This document shows positions 13,835 through 23,818 of a stretch of DNA of 64,000 nucleotides, piece by piece (positions within the stretch are counted from its first letter, which is position 1; each line of letters starts with the position of its first letter). A model generated the notes under the pieces. It was not told the DNA's origin and did no database searches. It saw only the letters and a program-made list of their open reading frames with translations. Origin of the DNA: a bacterium (GTDB lineage Bacteria > UBA8248). Both the position numbers and the translations under genes were made by a program. The stretch covers positions 512,001 to 576,000 of the forward strand of contig CBDCRP010000003.1 in assembly GCA_965221165.1 (NCBI GenBank), read 5' to 3'.

Positions 13835-14149
13835 TCACGCGCGCTTCAAAAAATCCATCGGAGCGTTCGAGGGGCGTTCCTCCTCATCGGGGACGTGAGG
13901 CGATTCCTCGATAATCTCGAACAGCCCGGAGGCGTCTTTTTTCGGTAAATGGCGCTCCGACTCCCCCAGGACGCGGATTCGCAGGGTCTTGTTCTCGAGC
14001 CGCAGCCTCAGCACGTCTCCCACTTCTACTCGAGAGGAGGCTTTGGCCGCTTTCCCCTCGATATCAACGGCCCCCCCATCCGCCAGGCTCTTGGCTACCG
14101 GCCTGCGCTTCACCAGGCGGCTATAGCGCAAAAACTGATCCAGGCGCAT
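13835..14149 (-). CDS. S4-domain RNA-binding protein (Hsp15/YabO-like)
   Basis: MRLDQFLRYSRLVKRRPVAK...KASSRVEVGDVL. Confidence 0.85.
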   Translation of the reverse strand: MRLDQFLRYSRLVKRRPVAKSLADGGAVDIEGKAAKASSRVEVGDVLRLRLENKTLRIRVLGESERHLPKKDASGLFEIIEESPHVPDEEERPSNAPMDFLKRA

Positions 14150-14159
14150 CTTCACACCA

Positions 14160-15650
14160 TCATTGGGTGATTTCCTTGGGGTCCGCCACGATGCTGCGCG
14201 TCCTCTGCACCTCCACCTCGAACTCGAGCCGCGCGGCTTTCGTATCCGTATCGAATGCGAATGTCTTCGCTTTGTCTTTTTGCTCTTTGCCCCCACCTTC
14301 GGCCTGGAGCGAAAACGCCTTGATCATGTCCGCGAAACTGATTTTGCCGATATACGAATCGGGGAACAGATATACATATTTGAACAAATAGATATTCGCC
14401 GAAGGATCGGGATTGATGAACAATCGCTGCCCCGCTTCCAGTGTCCCGATATCGTCCCTGCCCACACCGGACTCGGCGTTCACCTTCACTTTATCCGATT
14501 TCCAGCGGGGCTTTTCCCGCTTCGAGCCATACGCCCACAGGATTCTTCCCTGTCCGAACAAACCCTTGCTCTCCTGGAGCTTGATCCCGACCAGCCTGAA
14601 AGTGACCTGTTCACGAACATTCTTGAAAACGGAAGACAAACCACTGGGCGAAGCGCCGGGGTCGTAGCTGATTTCCAGAAAAGCGGCTCTCTTGAGTTCC
14701 GCCATCCATTCGCGGCGTCTCTTGGTGAATTTTTCCGCGAAGAGCTTGTTGCGGATTTTGCCCGCCACCTGATCGAGGGTAATCAATTTCCCCGGCTTCA
14801 CCTCATCGACGTGGACGATGTGAAAGCCCACCCTCGTTCTCGTCGGCTTGCTCGTCTCGCCCTTCGCCGTCGAAAAAATGAGTTGCTCCAGTTCCGGGAA
14901 AATCTCGCCTTTCTTCACGGCGCCCAACGATCCGCCACGGCTTCTGGCGGGACCTTCGGAATATTTTTCAGCCATTTGGGAAAAATCAGCACCGGGCTTC
15001 ACAGCCTGCTCGTATGCAAGGGCCGCCCTTTTGCGCTGCGCTTCGATATCCGCAGGGGAAGCCCCCTTGTTCACGGGAAAGAAAATCTGCCGCACTACCC
15101 GGCTCTCGGCCTCCCGGTAATCATCGGAATGCGTATCGTAATAATCCGCAATTTCCTGCTCACCCACCGAAACGCGCGAGCCGACTTCAATGCCCTCCAC
15201 TCTCCGCGCCAACAGCCTCTTGCGAAGTTCACTGCGATATTTGGCGAGAGTTATGCCCTGCGTCGACAAATAAGCGCGCAATTGGGCCGTCGTCGATTTA
15301 TTCTCGCGAAGTATGCCCGCAATTGCGTTTTCAACTTCGTTTTTATCAACGCCCACCCCGAGAGCAGCGGCCCGCTTCAGAATGAGCTTGTTCCCGATCA
15401 TGGCGTCGAGCGCCTCGAGCTCCAACTCGCGAATTCGCCGATTCAGTCGATCTCCCTTGTAGGTTCTCTTCAACTTGTCGACATTCGGCTTCACCAAATC
15501 CTGAAGCTCGGAAAGCATGATGATTTCATTGTCGACCTTCGCGACGATTCTCTCGATCGTCACCGCGGCGGACATCGCCAATGCGGGTGCGCCCAGCAGA
15601 GCGCAAAACGCAATCGTCAAAACACAAAAACGCTTAGCCTGATACGACAT
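14160..15650 (-). CDS. SurA-like parvulin PPIase/chaperone with a long C-terminal extension
   Basis: Signal peptide, ERIVAKVDNEII (SurA N-terminal domain), FSQMAEKYSEGP..GGSLG, GFHIV. Confidence 0.85.
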   Translation of the reverse strand: MSYQAKRFCVLTIAFCALLGAPALAMSAAVTIERIVAKVDNEIIMLSELQDLVKPNVDKLKRTYKGDRLNRRIRELELEALDAMIGNKLILKRAAALGVGVDKNEVENAIAGILRENKSTTAQLRAYLSTQGITLAKYRSELRKRLLARRVEGIEVGSRVSVGEQEIADYYDTHSDDYREAESRVVRQIFFPVNKGASPADIEAQRKRAALAYEQAVKPGADFSQMAEKYSEGPARSRGGSLGAVKKGEIFPELEQLIFSTAKGETSKPTRTRVGFHIVHVDEVKPGKLITLDQVAGKIRNKLFAEKFTKRRREWMAELKRAAFLEISYDPGASPSGLSSVFKNVREQVTFRLVGIKLQESKGLFGQGRILWAYGSKREKPRWKSDKVKVNAESGVGRDDIGTLEAGQRLFINPDPSANIYLFKYVYLFPDSYIGKISFADMIKAFSLQAEGGGKEQKDKAKTFAFDTDTKAARLEFEVEVQRTRSIVADPKEITQ

Positions 15651-16620
15651 TTTCAAGATTTTCCCAATAGTATTTAACTTTAGCATTTCGCTTCAGTTCC
15701 CCGAGCCAGTTCTCGAGCCGCGCTCTTCCCTTATCAATCAACAATTGCTTCCTGATGCTGTCCCGTACGGACGCCAGTGTTTTCTGAAACGGCAACCTCC
15801 GCTCGGGAACCTCGAGCAAATGGAAGCCTGATGGACTTCTGACGACCCGGCTCACCTCATCCAACTTCAAAGATTCAACCACATTCTCGATGTTTTCGGG
15901 TAGCTGCCCTCTCTCGAAATAACCCAAATCGCCACCCACGTCACGCTCGGGACCGATGGAATGTTTTCGCGCAAGGGCCGCGAATGATTCCCCGTCCAGG
16001 ACGCGCTTCCTCAACCGAGAAGCCATTTTAGACGAAGAGACGACGATTTGGCGAACCCGCCAGCGTCGCCTGACCCGGAATTTCTCCTTGTTGCGGGTGT
16101 AGTAATCTTTTATCTCGGAGTCGGAGACATGCAACTTCGAATACACTTCCTTTTCCAGCAGCAGTTCAATCTCGAGCGTCTCGCGCATTGTTTTCAACCA
16201 CAACTCCTCGTCGATTCCCTCTTCTTTCATCAAAGCGCTCAAATCCTGCCCGTCATACTGGCGGCGAACGAATTCGACGAAACGCCTTACCTTCCCCTCG
16301 CTCACATATTCGCCCACCTCACGGAAACGCTGAAGCAAGAGGCGTCTCTCCACGAGCTGCTCCACCAGTATCTTGGGTATGAATTTTTCGGCCTTGCCCG
16401 AAACCTGCTGCTTGCCGCGCGCCATGAAATGCGCACGCACGTCCCCGCGGGTAATCGGCTCGCCGTTCACGCGCGCCACCAGGGCGTCTTTTTTCTCGCT
16501 TCGCGTCTCAAGCGAAGAATCACAACCAGCCAGGATGAACGGCAACACCGAACAAATGCACGCCCACCGGGCTCGGCCGCCTCGAATCAGAAGCCGCGCG
16601 CTCCTCTCATTTTTCATCAT
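15634..16620 (-). CDS. PrsA/PpiC-type parvulin PPIase lipoprotein
   Basis: LAGC lipobox, VARVNGEPIT, FAALARKHSIGP..GGDLG, GFHLL. Confidence 0.87.
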   Translation of the reverse strand: MMKNERSARLLIRGGRARWACICSVLPFILAGCDSSLETRSEKKDALVARVNGEPITRGDVRAHFMARGKQQVSGKAEKFIPKILVEQLVERRLLLQRFREVGEYVSEGKVRRFVEFVRRQYDGQDLSALMKEEGIDEELWLKTMRETLEIELLLEKEVYSKLHVSDSEIKDYYTRNKEKFRVRRRWRVRQIVVSSSKMASRLRKRVLDGESFAALARKHSIGPERDVGGDLGYFERGQLPENIENVVESLKLDEVSRVVRSPSGFHLLEVPERRLPFQKTLASVRDSIRKQLLIDKGRARLENWLGELKRNAKVKYYWENLENVVSG

Positions 16621-16626
16621 GAGAGC

Positions 16627-19600
16627 CTATGCCTCTTCCGCCGCCAACTCGCCTTCGGAAACCTTGCATACCTCCAAAGCATCAAGGACTTCGACGAGAA
16701 AGTCAAAATCCTCCGGCCAGCGCCCGCTGATGCTCGCTCGAAAAGCGTGGGTGTCGGTGAACACCATCCCCGGCATATCGAGAAAAGCGACCGTCAATTC
16801 GTAGTCCCCCGGGAAAATCTCCAGATGCGCCTCCTTGCCGCGAAGGTGGAGAGACTTGATTCCGCAAAGGCGGGCGCGCAACCGGATTTCCCCCAATTGC
16901 AGAAGGTGGAGAGCACGAACCGGCATTTCTCCGTATTTATCCTTGAGTTCCACGCCCAGTTCCCTCAATTCGCCCGGCATCCCGGCCGATGCGATTCGGC
17001 GGTATACGTCCAGGCGCTCGGCCTGGGCCGGAATCCAGGAAGGCGGCAGCGTGCCCGCCACCGGCGCTACTATCTCGGGTTCATGGCGATCGACCGTCTC
17101 GCCCTTCGTCTCCTGAACAACCTCCTCCAGCAGGCGGCAATACATGTCGAACCCCACGGCCGAGATTTGCCCCGATTGGCGATGCCCCAGCAAATGCCCG
17201 GCGCCGCGAATTTCCAGATCGCGCATGGCCAGCTTGAAGCCGCCTCCCAGTTCGCTCAATTCCTCCAGGGCCTGGAGCCGCTCTCTCGCCTGCCTCGTCA
17301 GGGAGCCTGCGCCGGAGACCAAAAGGTATGCGTGCGCCTGAAACCTGTCGCGCCCCACCCGGCCGCGCAACTGGTATAACTGCGCCATGCCGAACATATC
17401 CGCCCGATTGATCATAATCGTGTTCACCGAGGGAATGTCGAGGCCGCTTTCGATGATCGTGGTGCAGAGCAGAACATCGGCCCGCCGGGTCACGAACTGC
17501 TCCATCACCTCTTCGAGATCTCTTTCCCTCATCTGGCCGTGGCCCACGAGAATTCGCGCGTCGGGCGCCAATTTTTGCAGGAGCCGCCGCATGGCGGGGA
17601 GGCTCCTCACCCGGTTGTGCACGAAAAACACCTGCCCGCCCCGGTCGATTTCCTTGGTGATGGCGTCTTTGATGAGTTTTTCGCTGAAGCGGGATATATA
17701 CGTGCGCGGCGCGACCCGGTGGCGCGGGGGCGTTTCGATGACGCTCAAGTCACGCGTGCCGGAGAGCGCCATCTGCAAGGTTCTGGGAATGGGCGTTGCG
17801 GTCAAGGTCAGTACATCCACGTTGACGCGAATTTTTTTGATCTTCTCCTTGTGGGAAACGCCGAAACGATGTTCTTCGTCGATTACCAAAAGGCCCAAAT
17901 CCCGAAACGACACGTCTTTTTGCAGCAGCCGATGGGTGCCGATGACTATGTCCACACGCCCGAGTGAGAGGCCTTCCAGCACGCCACCCTGCTCTTTTTT
18001 GCTTCTGAAACGAGACAGCATCTCCACATGAACCGGCAGCGATTCGAAACGCTTCCCGAAGGTGTCCCGATGCTGGTGGGCCAGCAGCGTCGTCGGCACG
18101 ATGACGGCGACTTGCTTGCCCGCAGAAATCGCCCTGGCGGCGGCCCGGAGCGCCACTTCGGTCTTTCCGTACCCGACATCCCCGCAGATGAGGCGATCCA
18201 TCGGCCGGGAATGCTCCATATCCGCCAGCACGGCGCGAATGGCTTGCTCCTGATCGGGTGTTTCCTCGAACCCGAAGCCGGCGGATATTTCATGGTCGAA
18301 TCCGCCCTCCGCTGAAAAAGCGTGTCCCTCGGCGGCGCTTCGCTCCGAATAGAGGCGCACCAGGTCGCGAGCGATCCCCCGGAGCGATTTCTTGACGTTA
18401 TTCTTCGTCTTCGTCCAGCGATTCCCCCCCAGTTTGTCCAGGGGCGGCGCGGAGCCCACTCCGCGATATTTGTGGATGCGGTCGACGTCGTCCATCGGAA
18501 CGTAGAGCTTGTCGCTGCCCGCATACTGGAGGGTGAGAAATTCATTTTCCCCGTCGCGATGCTCGATGACGCGCGTGCCCATGTAGCGGCCTACGCCGTG
18601 CTCCACGTGCACCACCAGGTCCTTTTCGCTCAAATCCTCAAAACCCTCGCCGGGCTTCGACTGGGGCAGACGGCGGGAATCCCCGCCCAAGGCGCCGACC
18701 AGCAAATCCTGCGCGCGAAAGAAAACCCTCTTCTCCCCGGGCAGCCGGAAGCTGGTGCTGAGCCTGCCCTCCACCAGAACGACGTCGTACCGCGCGTCTA
18801 TGAGAGAAACGCCTTGCGACAAAATTTCCACGCCCACTTCATGCTCGCGCAACAATGCCTGTATCCTCAGGGCGAGGGTCTTCTCCTCCGCCACGATGAC
18901 GACGCTTTCATCTTCCCGGCGCCATGCGCGAAGCTGGTCCACAAACGCCTCCACCCGCCCACGGAAGGGATTGATGTTTTCCGAGCGCAAGACCCCCTGG
19001 GGCTTCAAGTCTTCTTCGGGACTCGCGGCGTCCAGCCCCAGGGAATCGAATTCGAGGCGCGGCCAGATGGAGAGTTCCTCGCGAATTTCCTCGGGCGCGA
19101 GCCATAAACGCTCGGGCGCAAAGGAGACGAGGCCCCGCTCGGGCGCAAGACGCGCCTCCTCGTTCACTTCATCCCACAACTTCTCCATCGCTTCGCCCAG
19201 ATTTTCCGCTTCGCTCAAAACCCAGAGCGCATTCCCCGGCGCCACGTCGAACAACGTCGTCATCTCGGACAAGAACATGGGCGCGAGACCTTCCATGCCC
19301 GAAAAATGCCTGTCCGCATCCAGGTATTCGAGAAGACGTTCCACTCTTTGGCTCGTCTCGGGTTCGGTCATCTTTGAAAGAGCGCGCCGCCCCCTCTCCA
19401 CCTCTTCGGGCGAGAGAACAATCTCTTTGGATGGAAAAACGTCCAGGCTTTGGAGCGAGTCCAGATTCCGCTGTGTCTGGGGATGAAAATGCCGCAGGGA
19501 ATCAAGTTCGTCTCCGCGAAACTCCAGGCGGGTCGGATATGCGTTCTGGGGAGAGAAAAAATCCACAATGCCGCCTCGCACCGCATATTCTCCGGGGGAT

Positions 19601-20091
19601 TCGACCAGCGACCTCCTTAGATACATCAACGATTCGAGCGAGCCCATGAACGCATCCCGCTCCATCGCCATCCCCTCGCTCAACCGAATCATGGCGTCGT
19701 TCAGACGTTCGGGCGGAGGGATTCTCGTCCCCATCGCCGCCAGGCTCGTCAGTACGACACCCCGCTCCCCGCTACGCAAAAGTCGCAGCGCGGACATTCT
19801 TTCGCCGACGACCTCACTGGATGGAGACAACCGGGAAAAGGGATACGCATCCCATGCCGGGAACCCCGGCACCGGCAAATCCCGCGCACCCGAAGCGCCG
19901 AGGAGGAGCTTCATGTTCGCCTCAATCATCTCGAGGCGGCGCTGCTCCACTTCGACGAAGACAACGGGCCCGGGGTGTTCGCGCGCGATCCGCACCAGCC
20001 ACCAGGCGATTGACGCTTCGCTCGCGCCTCGCAAGTGGACTCGTTTGTTCCCATCGAAGCCCCGAAGTGACAAAAAGGATTCATTCATCAT
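16627..20091 (-). CDS. mfd: Transcription-repair coupling factor
   Basis: VVHVEHGVGRY, MDRLICGDVGYGKTEVA, IDEEHRFGV, QLRGRVGR, RDLEIRGAG; start moved to ATG at 20091. Confidence 0.96.
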   Translation of the reverse strand: MMNESFLSLRGFDGNKRVHLRGASEASIAWWLVRIAREHPGPVVFVEVEQRRLEMIEANMKLLLGASGARDLPVPGFPAWDAYPFSRLSPSSEVVGERMSALRLLRSGERGVVLTSLAAMGTRIPPPERLNDAMIRLSEGMAMERDAFMGSLESLMYLRRSLVESPGEYAVRGGIVDFFSPQNAYPTRLEFRGDELDSLRHFHPQTQRNLDSLQSLDVFPSKEIVLSPEEVERGRRALSKMTEPETSQRVERLLEYLDADRHFSGMEGLAPMFLSEMTTLFDVAPGNALWVLSEAENLGEAMEKLWDEVNEEARLAPERGLVSFAPERLWLAPEEIREELSIWPRLEFDSLGLDAASPEEDLKPQGVLRSENINPFRGRVEAFVDQLRAWRREDESVVIVAEEKTLALRIQALLREHEVGVEILSQGVSLIDARYDVVLVEGRLSTSFRLPGEKRVFFRAQDLLVGALGGDSRRLPQSKPGEGFEDLSEKDLVVHVEHGVGRYMGTRVIEHRDGENEFLTLQYAGSDKLYVPMDDVDRIHKYRGVGSAPPLDKLGGNRWTKTKNNVKKSLRGIARDLVRLYSERSAAEGHAFSAEGGFDHEISAGFGFEETPDQEQAIRAVLADMEHSRPMDRLICGDVGYGKTEVALRAAARAISAGKQVAVIVPTTLLAHQHRDTFGKRFESLPVHVEMLSRFRSKKEQGGVLEGLSLGRVDIVIGTHRLLQKDVSFRDLGLLVIDEEHRFGVSHKEKIKKIRVNVDVLTLTATPIPRTLQMALSGTRDLSVIETPPRHRVAPRTYISRFSEKLIKDAITKEIDRGGQVFFVHNRVRSLPAMRRLLQKLAPDARILVGHGQMRERDLEEVMEQFVTRRADVLLCTTIIESGLDIPSVNTIMINRADMFGMAQLYQLRGRVGRDRFQAHAYLLVSGAGSLTRQARERLQALEELSELGGGFKLAMRDLEIRGAGHLLGHRQSGQISAVGFDMYCRLLEEVVQETKGETVDRHEPEIVAPVAGTLPPSWIPAQAERLDVYRRIASAGMPGELRELGVELKDKYGEMPVRALHLLQLGEIRLRARLCGIKSLHLRGKEAHLEIFPGDYELTVAFLDMPGMVFTDTHAFRASISGRWPEDFDFLVEVLDALEVCKVSEGELAAEEA

Positions 20092-20180
20092 GTGAGATTT
20101 CGGATTTCGAATCGAAGCGCACGAGAAAATGAAATGAGTTGGAGCATCCCGTATAACATAAAAACTTTCAGAAGAAGCCC

Positions 20181-21446
20181 TTAATTCAGATACTTCTTGG
20201 TGATAATGAAGTCCCTGAGCACGTTGGAAGAATTCTTGGGCAACTCGACCTCCGAGCCGTTCAGGGACATCTGTGTTCCCGATACGTTCCCCACGGTGAC
20301 GACGAATTTTTCCGACGCCTTCCAGTTCCTTTCCTTGCCCGCCAACAAAAGTAACTCTTCGGTATTTTTCGCATCGACCACGATTCGCAGCCACGTGTCT
20401 TCTGTCGCAAAAATCTTGAGCGTCAACGGAATACTCGCAGGGGCGGGCGGGGCGGGAGCGGGGGTCGCCGGGGTCTGCTCTCCTTGCGGCGCCGCGCCGA
20501 CATTCGGTGCGGTGTTGCGGGCGACCTTGTCTGCGGCTGGAGCACTCGCTTGCGCCGAGGGGTTCTCTGAAACCGGCGGAGTCTCTTGAGCCGCGGTGTT
20601 TCCCCGGGCCGGGGCGCTTTGTGGACCCTGCGCGCTTTCTTGAACCGGGGCACTCCCTTGCGGCGGGCTCGGCGGAGCCTCTTGAACCACGGGGCCCTGT
20701 TGGGCCGGAGGGCTCCCCTCGGCTACAGGATTCTCCTGCACCGGGGCGCTCGCCTGCACCGGAGGCTTCTCCGCAGCCGGAGAAAGCATTTCCTCCTTGT
20801 CTGAAGCCGAAGGTTCTTTCAAGTTCGCCGTCGAGGCGGGAGGACGCTCCGGCTCGGTGACCTTCTTCTCGACAGCGTCCGCTTCTTTCCGTGTTCCACC
20901 TTCATTTTTCGCTTCTTCGTTCACGGCATTGGGTTGAGGGGGCGTCTCCGCCACGGGCGCAACCGCAGATTTTATTCTACCGACAATCGATTCAATCGGA
21001 ACAAGTTCCTTCGTTCTTCCTTTCATGAACCAGAGAAGCCCGCCGCCGGCGAAAAGAAAAACCAGCACGAAAATAAAGGTTGCGGCAGATGAGAATCGGT
21101 TCGTCTGGGGAGGAGGGCTGAAAATGGTTCGGGGTTTCTGCTCTAACTCATGGTCTCCCGGTTGCAGTACACCCGTAGTTTCCCGTTTATAGCTCTCGAC
21201 CACGGCCTTGCTGTCCACGCCAACCGTATCCGCAAAGGCGCGGACGAAACCCAGACCGACCGGGCCTGTCGGCAACCTGTCGAAATCGCCGCTTTCGATA
21301 CTTTCCAGATAGTATGTTCGGATTCGCGTATGCTCGGAGACCGAACGCAGGGGTATCTCTTTTTCCTCGCGCGCACGACGCAGGAAGGGTCCTACACCCT
21401 CTTTTTCTATTCTCGTCATCAATCTCGGGTCGATATTTTCCATCAT
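20181..21446 (-). CDS. rodZ: RodZ-like protein (HTH, transmembrane segment, Pro-rich linker, DUF4115)
   Basis: GPFLRRAREEK..LESIESGDF..LP, one TM helix, C-terminal TWLRIVVD...VGN. Confidence 0.82.
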   Translation of the reverse strand: MMENIDPRLMTRIEKEGVGPFLRRAREEKEIPLRSVSEHTRIRTYYLESIESGDFDRLPTGPVGLGFVRAFADTVGVDSKAVVESYKRETTGVLQPGDHELEQKPRTIFSPPPQTNRFSSAATFIFVLVFLFAGGGLLWFMKGRTKELVPIESIVGRIKSAVAPVAETPPQPNAVNEEAKNEGGTRKEADAVEKKVTEPERPPASTANLKEPSASDKEEMLSPAAEKPPVQASAPVQENPVAEGSPPAQQGPVVQEAPPSPPQGSAPVQESAQGPQSAPARGNTAAQETPPVSENPSAQASAPAADKVARNTAPNVGAAPQGEQTPATPAPAPPAPASIPLTLKIFATEDTWLRIVVDAKNTEELLLLAGKERNWKASEKFVVTVGNVSGTQMSLNGSEVELPKNSSNVLRDFIITKKYLN

Positions 21447-21601
21447 GCGCCTCACTTCGCAAAAATCCAACAAAAACGACCCGAATCATGAGAAATCACT
21501 CTATTCATAATAGGTTCGAAAGTCAATGTTGGAAAAGCGGGAACCGCCTCTTGCGCCGCCCGTACAAAACCGCAAACGGCGAATGAGGCATCGATTGATT
21601 T

Positions 21602-22471
21602 TTACGAAATAATGGAGAGAATCAAGGGCGTTACATGGCAGATACTCGGATTCGCGACGTCTGCGAACAGGGTGTTCGCACCTTTGCCGTAGAGCACTAT
21701 GGGGACGGGGTTCGTCGTGTGAGCGGATGTTTCCATGTCTTCCACATTCCCGTGGTCACTGCTGAGAATGAACGTATCCTCATCCGGGTCTATATGCCGC
21801 AAGGCGGCCCGCAAGAAGCGGTTCAAACCCGCCAAAACCTCAAAGGCATCCTCAAGGGTTCCGCGGTGTCCGACGTGATCCGTCTGAAAAAACTCATAGA
21901 CCAGCAAATCCTTCGTCCGCGCCATTCCCCCGAGGCGGGCGCCCGCCTCCTCGGCGTCGAGCCTCGCCACATCATGGCCCTGCCCGGCGATTATCTCGTT
22001 CGTGTAGTCGCGATAAACTGCCCTGCCCTCGATGAGGTCCTCGAGGCGATTCAGCGGAATTCCCGCGCTCTCGGCCATCACCGTGCTCACCGAACGTCTG
22101 CGGTTTCTGCCGCGCCTGAAAAAAGGAGGGGTATAGGCGTTGGCGAATCCGACGACGGCGCCCTTCTCGCGGGCGCGCCTGAGGAGGCCGTTTCGAGAGA
22201 CGATCCGGCGCAACTGCGTATTCGGCAGGCCCTGGAGATGCTTCCCCACCGCTTTGGGCGCATTTACGCCCGTGAACAAAGAGGCGCCGCCCGTCGCGCT
22301 CTGGGGGATACCCTCGACGCCGAGGCGGGCATCCGCCTCGATGAGCCGGAAGCCCGGCGCTTCGCCTCCGCACAAAAGCCCCAGCGGAGGCTCCCCCACG
22401 CGGGAGAGCGGATTGCCCGGCGCAGGCTGAGCGACCCCCAGGCCATCCACGAACACGAAAAGAACGGACAT
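21602..22471 (-). CDS. Metalloenzyme-superfamily protein (phosphoglycerate mutase / alkaline phosphatase-like)
   Basis: FVDGLG, PQSATG, TDHVGH, SSDHGNVE, HTTNPVP. Confidence 0.8.
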   Translation of the reverse strand: MSVLFVFVDGLGVAQPAPGNPLSRVGEPPLGLLCGGEAPGFRLIEADARLGVEGIPQSATGGASLFTGVNAPKAVGKHLQGLPNTQLRRIVSRNGLLRRAREKGAVVGFANAYTPPFFRRGRNRRRSVSTVMAESAGIPLNRLEDLIEGRAVYRDYTNEIIAGQGHDVARLDAEEAGARLGGMARTKDLLVYEFFQTDHVGHRGTLEDAFEVLAGLNRFLRAALRHIDPDEDTFILSSDHGNVEDMETSAHTTNPVPIVLYGKGANTLFADVANPSICHVTPLILSIIS

Positions 22472-22472
22472 G

Positions 22473-23492
22473 CTATAGCGTTCTTCCGCTGGCCTCTGCG
22501 AACACCTTGAGCTCCTCGATCAGGGCGGCGAACTTCTCTGGTTTGAGGGATTGCGGGCCGTCGCTCATCGCCTTCTCGGGCTCGGGGTGCATTTCGAGCA
22601 TCAGGCCGTCCGCCCCGACCGCCACGGCCGCCTTCGCCAGGGGCGCGACGAATCTCCAGGCGCCCGCCGCGTGGCTCGGGTCCACCACGACCGGCAAATG
22701 CGTCTGTTCCTTGAGCACGGGCACGGCGCTGATGTCCAGCGTGTTGCGCGTGGCCGTCTCGAAGGTGCGTATCCCCCTTTCGCACAGCACGACGTTCGGG
22801 TTCCCCTGGCTCATGACGTATTCGGCCGACATCAAGAACTCTTCTACCGTCGTGGACATGCCGCGCTTCAGGAAAATGGTCTTGTCGGTCTTGCCGACTT
22901 TTTTCAGCAAGGAGAAGTTCTGCACGTTGCGCGCGCCGATTTGCAACACGTCCGCATATTCGCAGCACACCTCGATGTCTTCTGAATCCATGACCTCCGT
23001 CTGGATGGGAAGCCCCGTCTTCTCGCGCGCCTCGGCAAGGAGCTTCAAGCCGTCTTCCGCCATGCCCTGGAAGCTGTACGGCGAGGTGCGCGGCTTATAG
23101 GCGCCGCCCCTCAGGACGTGGCCGCCGCCCGCCCGTACCACTTCGGCGGATTCCATAATCTGCTCCCTGTTCTCCACGGAGCAGGGCCCGCCGATGATAA
23201 TGATCTGCTCACCGCCGATTTCCACCCCCTCGCCCATCGGCAACTGGCTGCGCTCTGGCCTGCCCTCCGAGCTCGCCAGTTTGAAGGGCTTGAGAATGGG
23301 CATCGCGCTTTCCACTCCATTCAAAGAAACAAGCGACTCCAGCATGTATTTCCCCCGTTCATCCCCGATGGCCCCGATCACCGTACGCTCCACCCCTTTG
23401 ATGACGTGCTCCTGGTAGCCGAGTTCATTGATCCTTGCGATGGCTTTTCCTATCTCTTCATCCGTTGCGCCCAGCTTCATCACGATAATCAA
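22473..23492 (-). CDS. aroF: DAHP synthase type I-beta with N-terminal regulatory domain
   Basis: [42 protein letters not shown]. Confidence 0.94.
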   Translation of the reverse strand: MIIVMKLGATDEEIGKAIARINELGYQEHVIKGVERTVIGAIGDERGKYMLESLVSLNGVESAMPILKPFKLASSEGRPERSQLPMGEGVEIGGEQIIIIGGPCSVENREQIMESAEVVRAGGGHVLRGGAYKPRTSPYSFQGMAEDGLKLLAEAREKTGLPIQTEVMDSEDIEVCCEYADVLQIGARNVQNFSLLKKVGKTDKTIFLKRGMSTTVEEFLMSAEYVMSQGNPNVVLCERGIRTFETATRNTLDISAVPVLKEQTHLPVVVDPSHAAGAWRFVAPLAKAAVAVGADGLMLEMHPEPEKAMSDGPQSLKPEKFAALIEELKVFAEASGRTL

Positions 23493-23534
23493 AACAAATC
23501 TCCTTTTTCCCTCTCGGAATTTCAGTTGTTTCTC

Positions 23535-23567
23535 AAAAAAAATCGCCGTGAGGCTGTCCCACGGCGA
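23535..23567 (-). terminator. Attenuator terminator upstream of aroF
   Basis: 8-bp stem TCGCCGTG/CACGGCGA followed by U8 on the minus strand. Confidence 0.82.
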
Positions 23568-23621
23568 ATGTTTCTCTATTGTCCGTGGCGACCGGGCCGT
23601 CCACCCGCCCGCCGTAGGTTT

Positions 23622-23699
23622 TTACATCACGGCGCGCGGACGGACGGTGATAAAACCGAAAAAGCAATATCCCTCAAAAAATCTTCTCATCGTCCGCAT
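23622..23699 (-). CDS. Phe/Tyr-rich leader peptide (pheL-like)
   Basis: Manual translation MRTMRRFFEGYCFFGFITVRPRAVM* (5 Phe, 1 Tyr); GAGG upstream; second possible ATG at 23690. Confidence 0.78.
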   Translation of the reverse strand: MRTMRRFFEGYCFFGFITVRPRAVM

Positions 23700-23818
23700 C
23701 TTGCTCGCCTCTGGAATTTCAAAAAATGCATCTGTCTGGAAAAAGCGCCTTAAGATAATCCCGCAAGCCTATAAGAGTCAACCCCTTGGCCGCGGAAATT
23801 TTCAGGTTCTTTCGACTT

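Noticed and set aside
20091-20394. 101-aa N-terminal extension of Mfd in the ORF track
   Set aside because: It overlaps the rodZ 3' end. ATG at 20091 gives a normal-length Mfd.
20440-20960. Pro/Ala/Gln-rich quasi-repeats in rodZ
   Set aside because: An ordinary low-complexity periplasmic linker for RodZ.
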